Positions 1 to 9,980 of a stretch of 34,297 bases of DNA are shown in pieces (within the stretch, counting starts at the first letter, position 1; every line of letters starts with the position of its first letter). Source of the stretch: an uncultured Lentisphaerales bacterium (lineage in GTDB: Bacteria > Verrucomicrobiota > Lentisphaeria > JABSQK01 > UBA12247); the NCBI GenBank assembly GCA_943788985.1, contig CALSSJ010000045.1, positions 1 to 34,297 of the forward strand, read 5' to 3'. Position numbers and translations under genes: made by a program. The notes below the pieces were generated by a model. That model was not told the origin of the DNA and made no database searches. It worked only from the letters and a program-made list of their open reading frames with translations.

Positions 1-1213
1 GACGATCGAAGCGGTGCGTCGCCAGGGCAAGGGTTCGGAGGCAGTCGTGCGAGCCGAGTCTTTGTGCGAACGGCTGCCGGGTGAAGGGCGAGGCTGGTTA
101 CTGCGCGCAAAGCTGGATCTGGCGGAAGGAGCTGCGGGCGCAGCCCGGCGTTGGTACAGCAAGGCGTTAGAGCTGGATCGGGGGCTTGCGGACATCGCAT
201 TGTCCAATGAGATCGCAGATGCGGGAGCACCGGTGTCGGAGGATGCAAAGCCAGCGCCGATTGCCAGCGGTGGGGCGAATGCGTTCGGGATGCTGCCGCC
301 AGGGGAGTCGATGCCGCCGACCACAACCTCGGATTTTGGCGAAAGCTATCGCGAGAATGTGGACGTGGACTTCAAGGACGTGGGTGGCATGGAAAGCGTG
401 AAGGAGGAGATCCGGATGAAGATCCTCTTTCCGTTGCAGAACCGCGAGCTATTCGAGGCATATGGGAAGAAGGCTGGCGGCGGTGTACTGCTCTATGGCC
501 CACCAGGGTGCGGGAAGACGCTCATTAGTCGGGCGACTGCGGGCGAGATTGATGCCTCGTTCTTCTCAATCGGCCTGCATCAAGTGCTGGACATGTGGAT
601 GGGCCAGAGCGAGCAAAAGCTTCACGAGATTTTTGAGATGGCGCGGCGACAGCGTCCGGCGGTGTTGTTCTTTGATGAGATCGATGCCTTGGCGGCGGAC
701 CGGCGCGACCTGCGCACAAGCGCGGGGCGTACTCTGATCAACCAATTTCTGGCGGAGTTGGACGGGGACATCGCGAAGAATGATGACGTGCTGATTCTCG
801 GCGCGACGAATGCCCCCTGGCACCTGGACGCGGCTTTTCTGCGCCCGGGGCGGTTCGACCGCATCGTGTTTGTGCCGCCGCCGGACTGTGAGGCCCGGGC
901 AGCGATTGTGGAGGTGATGGCTCGTGAAAAGCCAATGACGGATCTGGATCCGCTGGCGGTCGCGAAGAAAACCGAGGGATTCTCTGGTGCTGACCTTATG
1001 GCGGTGTTGGACCAAGCGGTGGATGCGGCGCTTGAGCAAGCCATGAAGAAGGGGAAGATTGTGCCGGTTACAACCAAGGACCTGATCCAGGCACGCAAAT
1101 CTGTAAAGCCGTCGACGAAGAAGTGGTTCGAAAGTGCTAAGAATTATGCGCTGTACGCAAACCAGGGCGGTCTGTATGACGAGATTCTGGAGTACCTGGA
1201 CATTCGCCAGTGA
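1..1213 (+). CDS. AAA+ ATPase (CDC48/Vps4-like classical clade) with N-terminal TPR-like region; 5' end probably outside the window
   Basis: Walker A GPPGCGKT, Walker B VLFFDEID, SRH ATNAPWHLDAAFLRPGRFD, pore loop DMWMGQSE. The frame is open back to the window edge. Confidence 0.9.
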   Translation, partial: TIEAVRRQGKGSEAVVRAESLCERLPGEGRGWLLRAKLDLAEGAAGAARRWYSKALELDRGLADIALSNEIADAGAPVSEDAKPAPIASGGANAFGMLPPGESMPPTTTSDFGESYRENVDVDFKDVGGMESVKEEIRMKILFPLQNRELFEAYGKKAGGGVLLYGPPGCGKTLISRATAGEIDASFFSIGLHQVLDMWMGQSEQKLHEIFEMARRQRPAVLFFDEIDALAADRRDLRTSAGRTLINQFLAELDGDIAKNDDVLILGATNAPWHLDAAFLRPGRFDRIVFVPPPDCEARAAIVEVMAREKPMTDLDPLAVAKKTEGFSGADLMAVLDQAVDAALEQAMKKGKIVPVTTKDLIQARKSVKPSTKKWFESAKNYALYANQGGLYDEILEYLDIRQ

Positions 1214-2484
1214 GAGAAGGCCGCTCTGAGACGATGACTCGCGGCCAGTTACTGCTAGAGCGCCGCAGGCCAGAAGACGCGGCCGCGGCATTTATGCAGG
1301 TGCTCGCGCAGCAACCGGATTATACGGAAGCGCATTTTTGGCTGGCGCTGGCCTTGATGCAGATTCCAGACCGCATGAAGGATGCGCTGGTGGCGATTGA
1401 GGCTGCGATTGCGTTGGACCCGGAGGCACCGCTGTTGCATGCGTATCGCAGCCGAATCCTGACGATACTGCGTCGTACGCGGGAGGCCCATCAGGCTGCG
1501 GACTCCGCCATGCATTTGGACCCGGACGGGAATCTTGCTTACATAGCGAAGGCCGAGGTCTGTTGCGAGGAGAAGCAGTGGGCCGAGGCCGAGCGCTATC
1601 TGCTGATCGCGCTGAATCGTGAGCCGGATGATGAGCTGGCTGGTAACTTGATGGCGCACACGCTGCGCATGCAGGGAAAACTGGAGCAGAATCAAGCGAC
1701 GATTGAGAAACTGCTGGCGGAGGATCCGAACAGCTGTATGGGCCATTGCAATGCAGGTTGGTCCTGCCTGCAACAGTCTCGCTATGAGGACGCCGAATCA
1801 CATTTTGCTGAAGCGCTACGGCTAGATCCGGAGTTTGAAGCAGCGCGAGCAGGGTTGCTGGAGTCATTTCGCGCACGCTCACCGATCTATCGCAGCTATC
1901 TGAAGTACTGCTTCTGGATGCAGCGGTTTACGGCAGGCAGGCAATTTATAATCATCATTGGGCTGATCATTGCGGTGCGGGTGCTACGGGAAGTGCTGGG
2001 CCGGATTAGTCCACTAGCCGGTGGGCTGCTTGTGTTTGCCTACATCATGCTCGTACTTTGGGTCTGGGTGGCGAGTGGGATTGGCAATCTGGTTGTGCTC
2101 TGTGATCGCAAGGCGCGAGTGGCGCTGAATAGCGGAGAGCGCATGGAGGCGATCTGCGTGGGGGGAGGGCTGATCGCGGGACTGTGTCTGCTGGGAGCGG
2201 GCGTTCTGTTTGGGAAGACGCCACTGCAGATGATCGGGATCACGATGATGGTCGCGAGTGTGCCAGGAGCGCTGGCTTTTACTAACCCGTCCCCATTGGG
2301 GCGCAGGTTATTTACGGGGATGTTCGCTGCGGGGTGGGCACTTGGCGTGATGATTGCGCTGTCCGCAATGGGCCTGTTCGAAGCGCCGGTGCTCGATACG
2401 TTGCTAGGCGGCTATATCCTGCTGTGCGTGGTCTGTACCTGGCTGGGAAATATTCCTAGCCTGCGCCGGGCGCCAGTCGGATGA
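1210..2484 (+). CDS. TPR-repeat protein with C-terminal multi-pass membrane domain
   Basis: About six TPR-like helical repeats (e.g. AHFWLALAL..., AIALDPE, ALRLDPE), then about six hydrophobic segments. GTGA overlap with the AAA stop; ATG at 1234 is an alternative start. Confidence 0.85.
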   Translation: MREGRSETMTRGQLLLERRRPEDAAAAFMQVLAQQPDYTEAHFWLALALMQIPDRMKDALVAIEAAIALDPEAPLLHAYRSRILTILRRTREAHQAADSAMHLDPDGNLAYIAKAEVCCEEKQWAEAERYLLIALNREPDDELAGNLMAHTLRMQGKLEQNQATIEKLLAEDPNSCMGHCNAGWSCLQQSRYEDAESHFAEALRLDPEFEAARAGLLESFRARSPIYRSYLKYCFWMQRFTAGRQFIIIIGLIIAVRVLREVLGRISPLAGGLLVFAYIMLVLWVWVASGIGNLVVLCDRKARVALNSGERMEAICVGGGLIAGLCLLGAGVLFGKTPLQMIGITMMVASVPGALAFTNPSPLGRRLFTGMFAAGWALGVMIALSAMGLFEAPVLDTLLGGYILLCVVCTWLGNIPSLRRAPVG

Positions 2485-2732
2485 ATCCAGACGAGCCGCT
2501 TGAGTTCGAGGTCTGTACAGGCGGAACCTGCGGGCCGCTTGGTGGCAAGGAAACGCTGGCCTGGCTGCGGAAGCGGGTGCCGGAGGCGCAGATTCGGGTG
2601 GTGAACTGTTTCGCGCGTTGCCAGGAAACCACGCCGCTGTGCCCATGCGTGAAGCTGAGTGGTACTTGGCTGGTTCAAGCAGACCGCGACGTGGTGAAAC
2701 GTGCGCTGCGAGAACGCGGCGTGGACGTCTGA
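2481..2732 (+). CDS. Thioredoxin-like (2Fe-2S) ferredoxin domain protein
   Basis: VCTGGTC...CFARC pattern (CxxxxC...CxxxC) as in NuoE-type ferredoxins. ATGA overlap with the upstream stop. Confidence 0.7.
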   Translation: MNPDEPLEFEVCTGGTCGPLGGKETLAWLRKRVPEAQIRVVNCFARCQETTPLCPCVKLSGTWLVQADRDVVKRALRERGVDV

Positions 2733-2864
2733 GCGACGTCGCAATGTGCTGTGAAGGCAGCAAACCTAGTGGGAAAATCACAAGTTCGTCGGAAAAATGC
2801 GAGGGCATTGACCTACGAATTCATGATTCACCCCACGAGGATTCGGCCTATCGCTTTTTGTAAG

Positions 2865-4004
2865 CTAACCTACGTCTTTCCAGCTGCGTTCTGCGGCAGA
2901 GTTCAGTACCGCTTCGACCACTTTCTGGGTGTCCATGGCGTCCCGAAAAGTCGGTCCGCATGGGCTACCGTCTTCTAGGGACTTCAGAAAGTCGGCCACC
3001 TGGTGGAGGAAGCTGTGCTCGTAACCAATGCCACAACCCGGGATCCACCATTTATCCATGTAGGGCATTTCACTTTCGGTGACGTGAACGTCATGCCAGC
3101 CGCGAATGAGGGCGTCATCCCGGTGGTCAAAGTACTGCAATCGATTCAGGTCATGCAAGTCCCATTGGATGGATGCATGCTCGCCGTTGATTTCGAAGGT
3201 CTTAAGCGCCTTGTGTCCACGCGCATAGCGGGTGGCTTCGAACAAGCCCAGCGATCCGTTATCAAAATGGCACATGAAGGAGCAGGCATCATCAATCTTG
3301 ACGGCTTGTTTCTGGCCAGTCTCACTGTGTATGCGCTCTTTGACAAAGGTCTCCGTCATGGCGGACACATCTTTTACGGTGCCGTTCAGCCAGATTGCGG
3401 TATCGATGCAGTGCGCCAGTAGATCACCGGTCACACCCGAGCCCGCGACGCTCGCATCGAGTCGCCAGAGGGCGGCACCGCCCTGAGGTACGTCCGCAGA
3501 AATGGTCCAGTCCTGCAAGAAGTTGGCGCGGTAATGGAAGATTTTTCCGAGACGCCCCTGATCAATCAGCTGTTTGGCCATGGTGACCGCCGGAATTCGA
3601 CGATAGTTGTACCAGACGGTATTGGCCACGCCGGCGTCTTCCACGGCCCGGGTCATTTCTTCGCCTTCTGCCACGTTGAGGGACAGGGGCTTTTCACATA
3701 ATACCATCTTCCCCGCCTTGGCGGCGGCAATGGCAATCTCGGCATGCGAATTGTTCGGGGTGCAGATATCGACGGCATCGATATCCGCGCGCTCTATCAC
3801 TTTTCTCCAATCGGTTTCCACCGATTCAAAGCCCCAGTTCTCCGCGAATGCCTTGGCGTTCTCTTCGTTCCGCCCGCAGATGACTTTCAGTACGGGACGG
3901 TACTTTAGATCGAAGAAGTCGTTGGCGCGCTTGTAGCCACTGGTATGAATGCGCCCCATTAACCCGTAGCCAATGACGGCGATATTTAATTCTTTCTTGC
4001 TCAT
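2865..4004 (-). CDS. Gfo/Idh/MocA family NAD(P)-dependent oxidoreductase
   Basis: Rossmann motif [24 protein letters not shown]. Start placed at MSKKELNI (ATG 4004, preceded by GAGGT). Confidence 0.92.
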   Translation of the reverse strand: MSKKELNIAVIGYGLMGRIHTSGYKRANDFFDLKYRPVLKVICGRNEENAKAFAENWGFESVETDWRKVIERADIDAVDICTPNNSHAEIAIAAAKAGKMVLCEKPLSLNVAEGEEMTRAVEDAGVANTVWYNYRRIPAVTMAKQLIDQGRLGKIFHYRANFLQDWTISADVPQGGAALWRLDASVAGSGVTGDLLAHCIDTAIWLNGTVKDVSAMTETFVKERIHSETGQKQAVKIDDACSFMCHFDNGSLGLFEATRYARGHKALKTFEINGEHASIQWDLHDLNRLQYFDHRDDALIRGWHDVHVTESEMPYMDKWWIPGCGIGYEHSFLHQVADFLKSLEDGSPCGPTFRDAMDTQKVVEAVLNSAAERSWKDVG

Positions 4005-4024
4005 GATGACCTCTGTAATTTGGA

Positions 4025-5047
4025 TTAGCCGACAGTGTCGCGGACGTCGACCATGGCGGACAGGATGGTATCCCAGGTAGCTGGGTTTTCGAGAGCGGCG
4101 TTGGGAAACATGCACCCATCCCAGCAAATGTGCTGGATCCCGCGTGCCTCGTAGTCCTTGAGCCAGTATTGCGCGCAGCGGGTGATGTCGAGCTTGCCTT
4201 TCGGATCATCGGCCAGGCAATGCTTGCCGGTTTTGTCGTGCGATCCGGCGCCATGGACTTCGCCATCGTTCTGAGCGACATGGAAATCAATGGTCCACGG
4301 ACGGAGCTTGTCCACCATGGTTTCGTAGGCTGCGTAGAATTCCTCGGTAGAGTAGCCGGGCTGGAGCAGGGCATGCTCAGGCGCATTATACCCCATGAGG
4401 TAGAGGTAAGTGTGGGCAAGGTCTGCCTGGAACCCTACCGTTTCTGGCATGCCGACGGCTTCCAAGAGGTCGATCATATCTTTCCAAGAGTGCATTCCCG
4501 CCCAGCAGATTTCACCTTCTGTGGCCAGGCGTTCGCCATGGTCAGCCGCAATTCTTGCTGCTTCTTTGAAGGTTGCGGCAATTCGTTTTGTATTGGCCAC
4601 GGGGTCTTTACGCCAAGTATCGACCCCGAACTCAGCAGAATCGATGCGAATGATACCGGATTTTCGTACGCCGTGCTCATTGAAGATTTTGGTGATGCGA
4701 CAGGCCATTCGAATGGCTTTTAGAAATTTTTCCTGCGATTCGTCATCCCCCATGGCGGAATCACCGACCGTGCCCGGCCAGATGGGGGCGACCACTGAAC
4801 CGATGTTGAGATTATGCCCGGCGACCTCATCGGCAATCGCTTTGAGTTCGTCATCGCTGGCCGTGGGATCGGTGTGGGGCAGGAAGAGGAAGCAGTCGAC
4901 GCCATCGAATTTTTGTCCGTTGACGTCAGCGTTCGCGGTCAGTTCGAGCATGCGCGAAAAACTGATTGCGGGCTCCTCTCCTTCTTCATCGCCTTTGCCT
5001 ACCAGTCCGGGCCACATGGCATTGTGCAGTTTGAGAGATGTGCTCAT
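4025..5047 (-). CDS. Sugar phosphate isomerase/epimerase (xylose isomerase-like TIM barrel)
   Basis: [13 protein letters not shown] start, [37 protein letters not shown]. Start at MSTSLK (ATG 5047). Confidence 0.88.
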   Translation of the reverse strand: MSTSLKLHNAMWPGLVGKGDEEGEEPAISFSRMLELTANADVNGQKFDGVDCFLFLPHTDPTASDDELKAIADEVAGHNLNIGSVVAPIWPGTVGDSAMGDDESQEKFLKAIRMACRITKIFNEHGVRKSGIIRIDSAEFGVDTWRKDPVANTKRIAATFKEAARIAADHGERLATEGEICWAGMHSWKDMIDLLEAVGMPETVGFQADLAHTYLYLMGYNAPEHALLQPGYSTEEFYAAYETMVDKLRPWTIDFHVAQNDGEVHGAGSHDKTGKHCLADDPKGKLDITRCAQYWLKDYEARGIQHICWDGCMFPNAALENPATWDTILSAMVDVRDTVG

Positions 5048-5061
5048 GATGGGGTTTCCTT

Positions 5062-5478
5062 CTATGGGATAGGGTAGGGGGTAAAGACTTTTATGTGCGT
5101 CGACTTCTGGGGCATCGGGGGGGAGGCCGGGGCCAGAATAGCGCAGGCCACCAGTGGTTCCACGGTCGACGTATTGGTGAAAGTTACTCCGGCTTTGGTG
5201 CCGGCTTCGGTGCAAAACACTACGCCCTCCATCAACTCTCCGAAACGGATGAATCCATCCTTTACAGAACAAAAGGCGCCGGGATCAATGGTGATCTTTA
5301 CAGCCTGAGCGAGGGGAAACCGGTTCGTGCAGTGGGTGACGTAGCTCAAGCCTTCATCCGGTTCACGATTATCGTTCGTGGCTGGAGTCGTCGAGGCAAG
5401 CCAGCGCTCATCCAGGGCACCTTCTATCAGGCTTCTGACCTTATCCTTAACTTTTTTTAGGCCATTGATGCTTTTCAT
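5062..5478 (-). pseudogene. Internally deleted remnant of a conserved ~400-aa hypothetical (cupin-like) protein that usually accompanies this TIM barrel
   Basis: Motif islands are directly juxtaposed: LIEGALDE|RWLASTT...PDEGLSYV, FIRFGEL...[15 protein letters not shown], then a frame change to GLRYSGPG. Recognised from memory of the family. Confidence 0.55.
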
Positions 5479-5750
5479 GGTCGGCTATTCTGATGAAGTT
5501 GAGGCTGTTTGGGGACTTGCGGGAGCTAGCGTGACGTGGGGCTTCCCGGCCTCCAAGTTCCGCTGCGCCTGCAGTAAACCTAGCAGCGATTCTACGTTTG
5601 GAAAGAAAATTCCTTGCCTACAACCGCTCACGCCAAAAAAGAGAGCAAGAAAATGAAACGCCGCACAAACTTCGCCGAGGCGCAGTGGCATAGGGAATAA
5701 TACGCCCATTTCCTTTCGCCTTTGCACGAGCCCAGTTTGCCCCACTCCGG

Positions 5751-5915
5751 CCTCCCTTCGGTGCATCCCAATCAAGCCAGCGACTGTACTCGCCCGGAGT
5801 CGCTGGCCGGGCTACTGGCCCGGCCTCAGCGAAGCAGGATTGGATGGCTGATGCTTTCCGAGCGGCCCAAGCCTACCAACTTGTCGACACGGAAGGGGGA
5901 GGTAGGGGGGCCGCT
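5751..5915. other. Multi-hairpin intergenic element (candidate structured RNA)
   Basis: Stems 5776-5785/5798-5807 (10 bp perfect), 5805-5812/5818-5825, 5764-5773/5838-5846, 5861-5868/5908-5915, 5872-5877/5901-5906. Confidence 0.4.
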
Positions 5916-6109
5916 GTGGTTGTAAAGGAAGGCGGCTGCGGACTCAGCCGGTAGGGGGAGCGCACCGTTCTTTACTGCCGGCCATCTCTATCGCGTGTGA
6001 AACTTGGGTACAAGGCGGCCGAAGGGCGCATTTGCAGCAGGCGCGAGTCTCTCCACGGGTTGCTAGATCTGGTCGGAAGCCCAGCGGCGTCGACGCCTGG
6101 CGATGTTTC

Positions 6110-6709
6110 CTATTTGGCCGGGTAGCCAGCGAGCCCAAAGCGTACGTCGATCTCGTTGCCAACTTTGTCGAGAATCGCGCCGGGCTTGATGTTGTAAGCG
6201 CTGCGATTGATGGTGAAGCTGCAGCCCACAGTCAGCAGGTCGCCGGCCCCAGCGCCGCGCTTCTCGGCACCGCCTTTCGTGTAGCGAACGTCAAGTGGCA
6301 CGGTGATGGATTTGGTGACCCCGTTCAGGGTGAAGGCTCCTTCGACGGTCAGTGTATGGCCCGCATCAGTGGCCTTTGAATCGGTGACGTTCTTGATGGT
6401 GAAGGAGATGGTCTTGTTCTTGGCGACATTGAGCCAGTCCTCGCCATGTAAGACCTTGGTCATCTTTGCATTGGGAAAGGTGACCGCGGCTGCGGGGATG
6501 CTGATGCTTCCGGTCGTGGCTTCGACGGCGTCCGTGTCAAAGGTGATGGTGCCGCTGACTTGGCCGGCATGGCCGACTATGGGCTCCAGAGGGGAGTCCA
6601 CGAAGAACGAGATTGCGTTGACGCCCTTGGGGTCTTTGAAGTCATAGCTGGCGGGGGCAGCAGCTGCGAGCATCGCAGCGAAGAAAATGGAAAGGGAAAG
6701 AATGCGCAT
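6110..6709 (-). CDS. YceI family secreted lipid/polyisoprenoid-binding protein
   Basis: Signal peptide; VSGTITFD, LHGEDWLN, VEGAFTLNGVTK, FTINRSAYNI motifs. AAGGAG RBS upstream. Confidence 0.9.
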   Translation of the reverse strand: MRILSLSIFFAAMLAAAAPASYDFKDPKGVNAISFFVDSPLEPIVGHAGQVSGTITFDTDAVEATTGSISIPAAAVTFPNAKMTKVLHGEDWLNVAKNKTISFTIKNVTDSKATDAGHTLTVEGAFTLNGVTKSITVPLDVRYTKGGAEKRGAGAGDLLTVGCSFTINRSAYNIKPGAILDKVGNEIDVRFGLAGYPAK

Positions 6710-6800
6710 GAGAACTCCTTAAGCGAATGGTTGGTGGGGACACTAATACGCCGTGCCGCAGAGTTCGTCCCGTTACATCGGTGATACACGGGTTTTGGCG

Positions 6801-7025
6801 TCAAATCTGGGGATTTCCCGCCCTTTGTTGCAGGCGTTGAATCGCCTCTTCCCGCATCTTTGCACCGTGGGCGAGGATAATCTGAAGGACCCGATCGGTC
6901 ACACGCGGGTCCGAGGGTTCAATGGGCTGGTGCTCACATTCCCCCAGATACCATTGCTCGTCTCGCTCCATCTTCTCGACAATTGGTGTCTGCTCGGCTA
7001 TAATTTGTTCTGGGGAAGGATTCAT
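6801..7025 (-). CDS. Small hypothetical protein (74 aa)
   Basis: MNPSPEQIIAEQTPIVEKMERDEQWYLGE...DPRVTDRVLQIILAHGAKMREEA has natural helical composition and resembles small PVC hypotheticals. Confidence 0.6.
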   Translation of the reverse strand: MNPSPEQIIAEQTPIVEKMERDEQWYLGECEHQPIEPSDPRVTDRVLQIILAHGAKMREEAIQRLQQRAGNPQI

Positions 7026-7179
7026 CTTGTGGATCGCGGCTTGCGGGTTGCGTGCTATCGAGATTGGAAATATCGTGACCGTGGCGAGGTTTTCCAGTGT
7101 ATTTGCGATAGAATTCGGAAGAATGCTGCGGATACGGCTGATCAACCTGGTTCCCGCATTGCGTTCAGCGTTTTCACTG

Positions 7180-7641
7180 GCAGCGGGCCGCGACGATCGC
7201 AAACCGTCGATCCGCGCTGGGAGGCGACGTGCACTTGGTCGCGACGCGCGCCAGAGGCCCGTTGCAAGCGGGTTTGGGGGCCGCGATACACTACCCGGGG
7301 CTGGCTCGACAATCTCGCGACGACCTTAAGGCGCCTCGCGGCGCACGGGGTGATCCGCGTGAGCGGTGAATACGGCAGATCCATGCTCACGGCACGTCGG
7401 TGTTTTTCATGGCTGTCGCGTCTGCAGGTCTGGGGATTCCACTGGTGTCCGCTGTGTAGCGGTGTTTAGGGCGCCCGACGCTCTGTTAGAATCGTTGCTC
7501 ATTCTGATCAATGATGCATCGTTGTGCGGGCGGCTGGGAGCTGAACTGCTGAGGGTTGTGGTGGCCCGGCATGGTCCAGAGTCGCTTGATCTGCCGCTTG
7601 GACTTTTCTATCGCGAGGTATGCTTGCCGAAGGGCAGTTGA
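7180..7641 (+). pseudogene. Degenerate GT4 glycosyltransferase remnant
   Basis: N-domain-like VHLVATRARGPLQAGL...*IRQIHAHGTSVFFMAVASAGLGIPLV lies almost directly against C-terminal-like DALLESLLILINDASLCGRLGAELLRVV...LFYREV. Contains stops and a frame change. Confidence 0.5.
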
Positions 7642-7699
7642 CTGGTCGACTGTACGGTTATACGGTGTCAGCCGTCACCCACCACCGGAGTCTCAAGCT

Positions 7700-9865
7700 A
7701 TGTCTTTTCGCCCTGTTCTTACCGTCCTTTTGCTGTTCAGCCTCTCTCTCTGCTCATGGGCCGACGTTGGCCTGCCTAACGTTTTCAGCGACCACATGGT
7801 GCTGCAGCGGGATACGGAGCTTCCTGTCTGGGGCACGGCGCGCCCCGGGGAGTCCATTAGCGTGAGCTTGGGCGATCTCGCCAGTGCGCAGGCTGCTGCG
7901 GGTGACGATGGCACCTGGTCGGTGCGACTCCCTGCGCAGGATGCTGGTGGCCCCCACGTTCTGACGGTAAAGGCCAGTAATACGGTCACTTTTAAGGACG
8001 TGCTCATCGGTGAAGTCTGGCTCTGTTCCGGCCAGTCGAACATGGAATGGACGGTAGGTTCGAGCGCGAACGCGGCGGCGGAGATACAGGCTGGCGATTT
8101 CCCCCAAATCCGCCACCTGAAGGTTCCCAGGAAGTCCTCCTCCACGCCCAAAAAAGATCAGGCGGGAAGGTGGCAGGTTTGCTCACCCGATACCGTCGCA
8201 AACTTTACTGCCACGGGCTACTACTTCGCCAAGCGCCTGCAGCAGGAATTGGACGTGCCGATTGGTCTGCTGGGCAGCAATTGGGGAGGGACGCGGATCG
8301 AGCCGTGGACGCCGATTGAGGGCTTTGCTAAAGTGCCGGAACTGCAGGGGATTCTGCAAGACGTGGAGCAGCGCACGCCCGGCCATCCGACTTTTCAGCG
8401 CCTGGCCACCAGCTATCTGGAGAGCGTCGAGACCTGGACTGCTGAGGCAAAAAGGAAGATCGGGGCAAAGCAGAGCCTTGCCCCAAGTCCGGCATACCCC
8501 CAAGCACTGGTCCCCTTCAAGTCCCACCAGAGTCCGACCATGCTGTATAACGCCATGATTGCGCCGCTGATCCCGTATGCCATCCGTGGCGCGATCTGGT
8601 ACCAGGGCGAGTCCAATCATACCGAAAGCGACTACACCGAGAAGACGATCGCCCTGGTGGAGGGCTGGCGCCAAGTCTGGCAGCCGGAGATTCCGTACTA
8701 CTTCGTGCAGATCGCCCCGTACCACTACGGCAAGGAAGATAAGACCGTGCTGGCGAAATTCTGGGAGCAGCAAGCAGCGGTCGAGACACGTCTTGCGGAT
8801 TCCGGGATGGTCGTGATCAACGACATTGGCAATGTGAAGGACATTCACCCCCGTAACAAGCAGGACGTAGGTCTGCGCCTAGCCAACCTCGCTTTGGCCA
8901 AGAGCTATGGTAAGACCGGCATCGCATATTCCGGGCCACGCTACAAGAGCATGAGGATCGAAGGGGACCGCATCCGCGTGAGCTTCGATCATGCGGAAGG
9001 GGTGGCTAGTCGAGACGGAAAGCCCCTTTCTCACTTCGAGATAATTGGCCCTGACAGTAAGGGATGGCAGCCGGCCAAAGCCACCATTGAAGGCTCAGAC
9101 GTGATCTTGCAGGCAACAAGCGTGGCTGCGCCCGTTGCGCTGCGGTTTGCCTGGGACAAGCTCGCCGAGCCCAATCTCATAAATGCCGCCGGGCTGTCGA
9201 CCGGGGCCTTTCGGGCTGGGGCTCTGCCCGCACCCAAATCCATTTTGGAACAGATTGGCGTCGCCGCCGACTACGAACTGCTTTATGATCTTGACCTAGC
9301 CATGCTCAGTGATACCCCAAGGTACACAAGCGACCGCAGCGCTGAGCTCAGCGGTGGCATCGCGCGCATCGGCTACTTGCTCGAACTCGGTAAGGCAGAC
9401 CAAGTTCAATGGGTGTACGTCTCCATGAACGCATTTACCCAGAAGCTCGCCCAGCTTGCGTTGCCAACCAGTGTCAACAGGAACGTTTTTCAACAGGCAG
9501 TAAGCGGTCTGCGGGTGTACTCAAGCATCCCGTCTGTGGCTGGGGCCGGAAAAGGCGACATTGGCAATATCGAGTTCTGGCCACACAACTACACTCCGGC
9601 CAATGCGGGAAAGGTGGGGGGCGCAAACGCTGGTAGCTACGACGTCGGAGATCAAAGAGCTGAGCCCGTGAATGGCTATGGCTGCCTACAGATCCATGCC
9701 ACTGGCAGTAAGACCACGCTGCTGGCGATTAACAACCGTCGCGCAGGTGCGCAAGCAGACCTCGGGATTGGCAACAGCCCTGGACAACACACTGACTGGA
9801 CATTCACCAAGTCTGGGAAGGGCTACGACTACAAGCGACTACGTATCTTTGTGCAGTTAAAATAG
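7700..9865 (+). CDS. Sialate/9-O-acetylesterase (SASA, SGNH) with extra C-terminal domain
   Basis: Signal peptide; LPNVFSDHMVLQR, GEVWLCSGQSNM, WYQGESN, DIHPRNKQ. Start at ATG 7700. Confidence 0.92.
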   Translation: MSFRPVLTVLLLFSLSLCSWADVGLPNVFSDHMVLQRDTELPVWGTARPGESISVSLGDLASAQAAAGDDGTWSVRLPAQDAGGPHVLTVKASNTVTFKDVLIGEVWLCSGQSNMEWTVGSSANAAAEIQAGDFPQIRHLKVPRKSSSTPKKDQAGRWQVCSPDTVANFTATGYYFAKRLQQELDVPIGLLGSNWGGTRIEPWTPIEGFAKVPELQGILQDVEQRTPGHPTFQRLATSYLESVETWTAEAKRKIGAKQSLAPSPAYPQALVPFKSHQSPTMLYNAMIAPLIPYAIRGAIWYQGESNHTESDYTEKTIALVEGWRQVWQPEIPYYFVQIAPYHYGKEDKTVLAKFWEQQAAVETRLADSGMVVINDIGNVKDIHPRNKQDVGLRLANLALAKSYGKTGIAYSGPRYKSMRIEGDRIRVSFDHAEGVASRDGKPLSHFEIIGPDSKGWQPAKATIEGSDVILQATSVAAPVALRFAWDKLAEPNLINAAGLSTGAFRAGALPAPKSILEQIGVAADYELLYDLDLAMLSDTPRYTSDRSAELSGGIARIGYLLELGKADQVQWVYVSMNAFTQKLAQLALPTSVNRNVFQQAVSGLRVYSSIPSVAGAGKGDIGNIEFWPHNYTPANAGKVGGANAGSYDVGDQRAEPVNGYGCLQIHATGSKTTLLAINNRRAGAQADLGIGNSPGQHTDWTFTKSGKGYDYKRLRIFVQLK

Positions 9866-9980
9866 CGTGGCGCTTTAGTCGCACTTCAACAGGCAAATTC
9901 TAGCGCTCGATGGCTCGATTTATCGCGACATTCCCCGAAGGCCGCCAAGCTCCTGGCCTCGCGAATAACGAGCTCGCTCG

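Noticed and set aside
4004..5272. Long N-terminal extensions of the oxidoreductase (to 4127) and TIM barrel (to 5272)
   Set aside because: The extensions overlap neighbouring genes, and family similarity begins at ATG 4004 and ATG 5047.
6744..6777. ECF sigma-like promoter (GTAAC/GAAC...CGTA) upstream of yceI
   Set aside because: Spacings of 21 or 12 nt do not fit the usual ECF geometry.
6753..7469. 238-aa plus-strand ORF
   Set aside because: Arg/Trp/Cys-rich with no motif; it overlaps a more plausible minus-strand small gene and an out-of-frame GT4 remnant.
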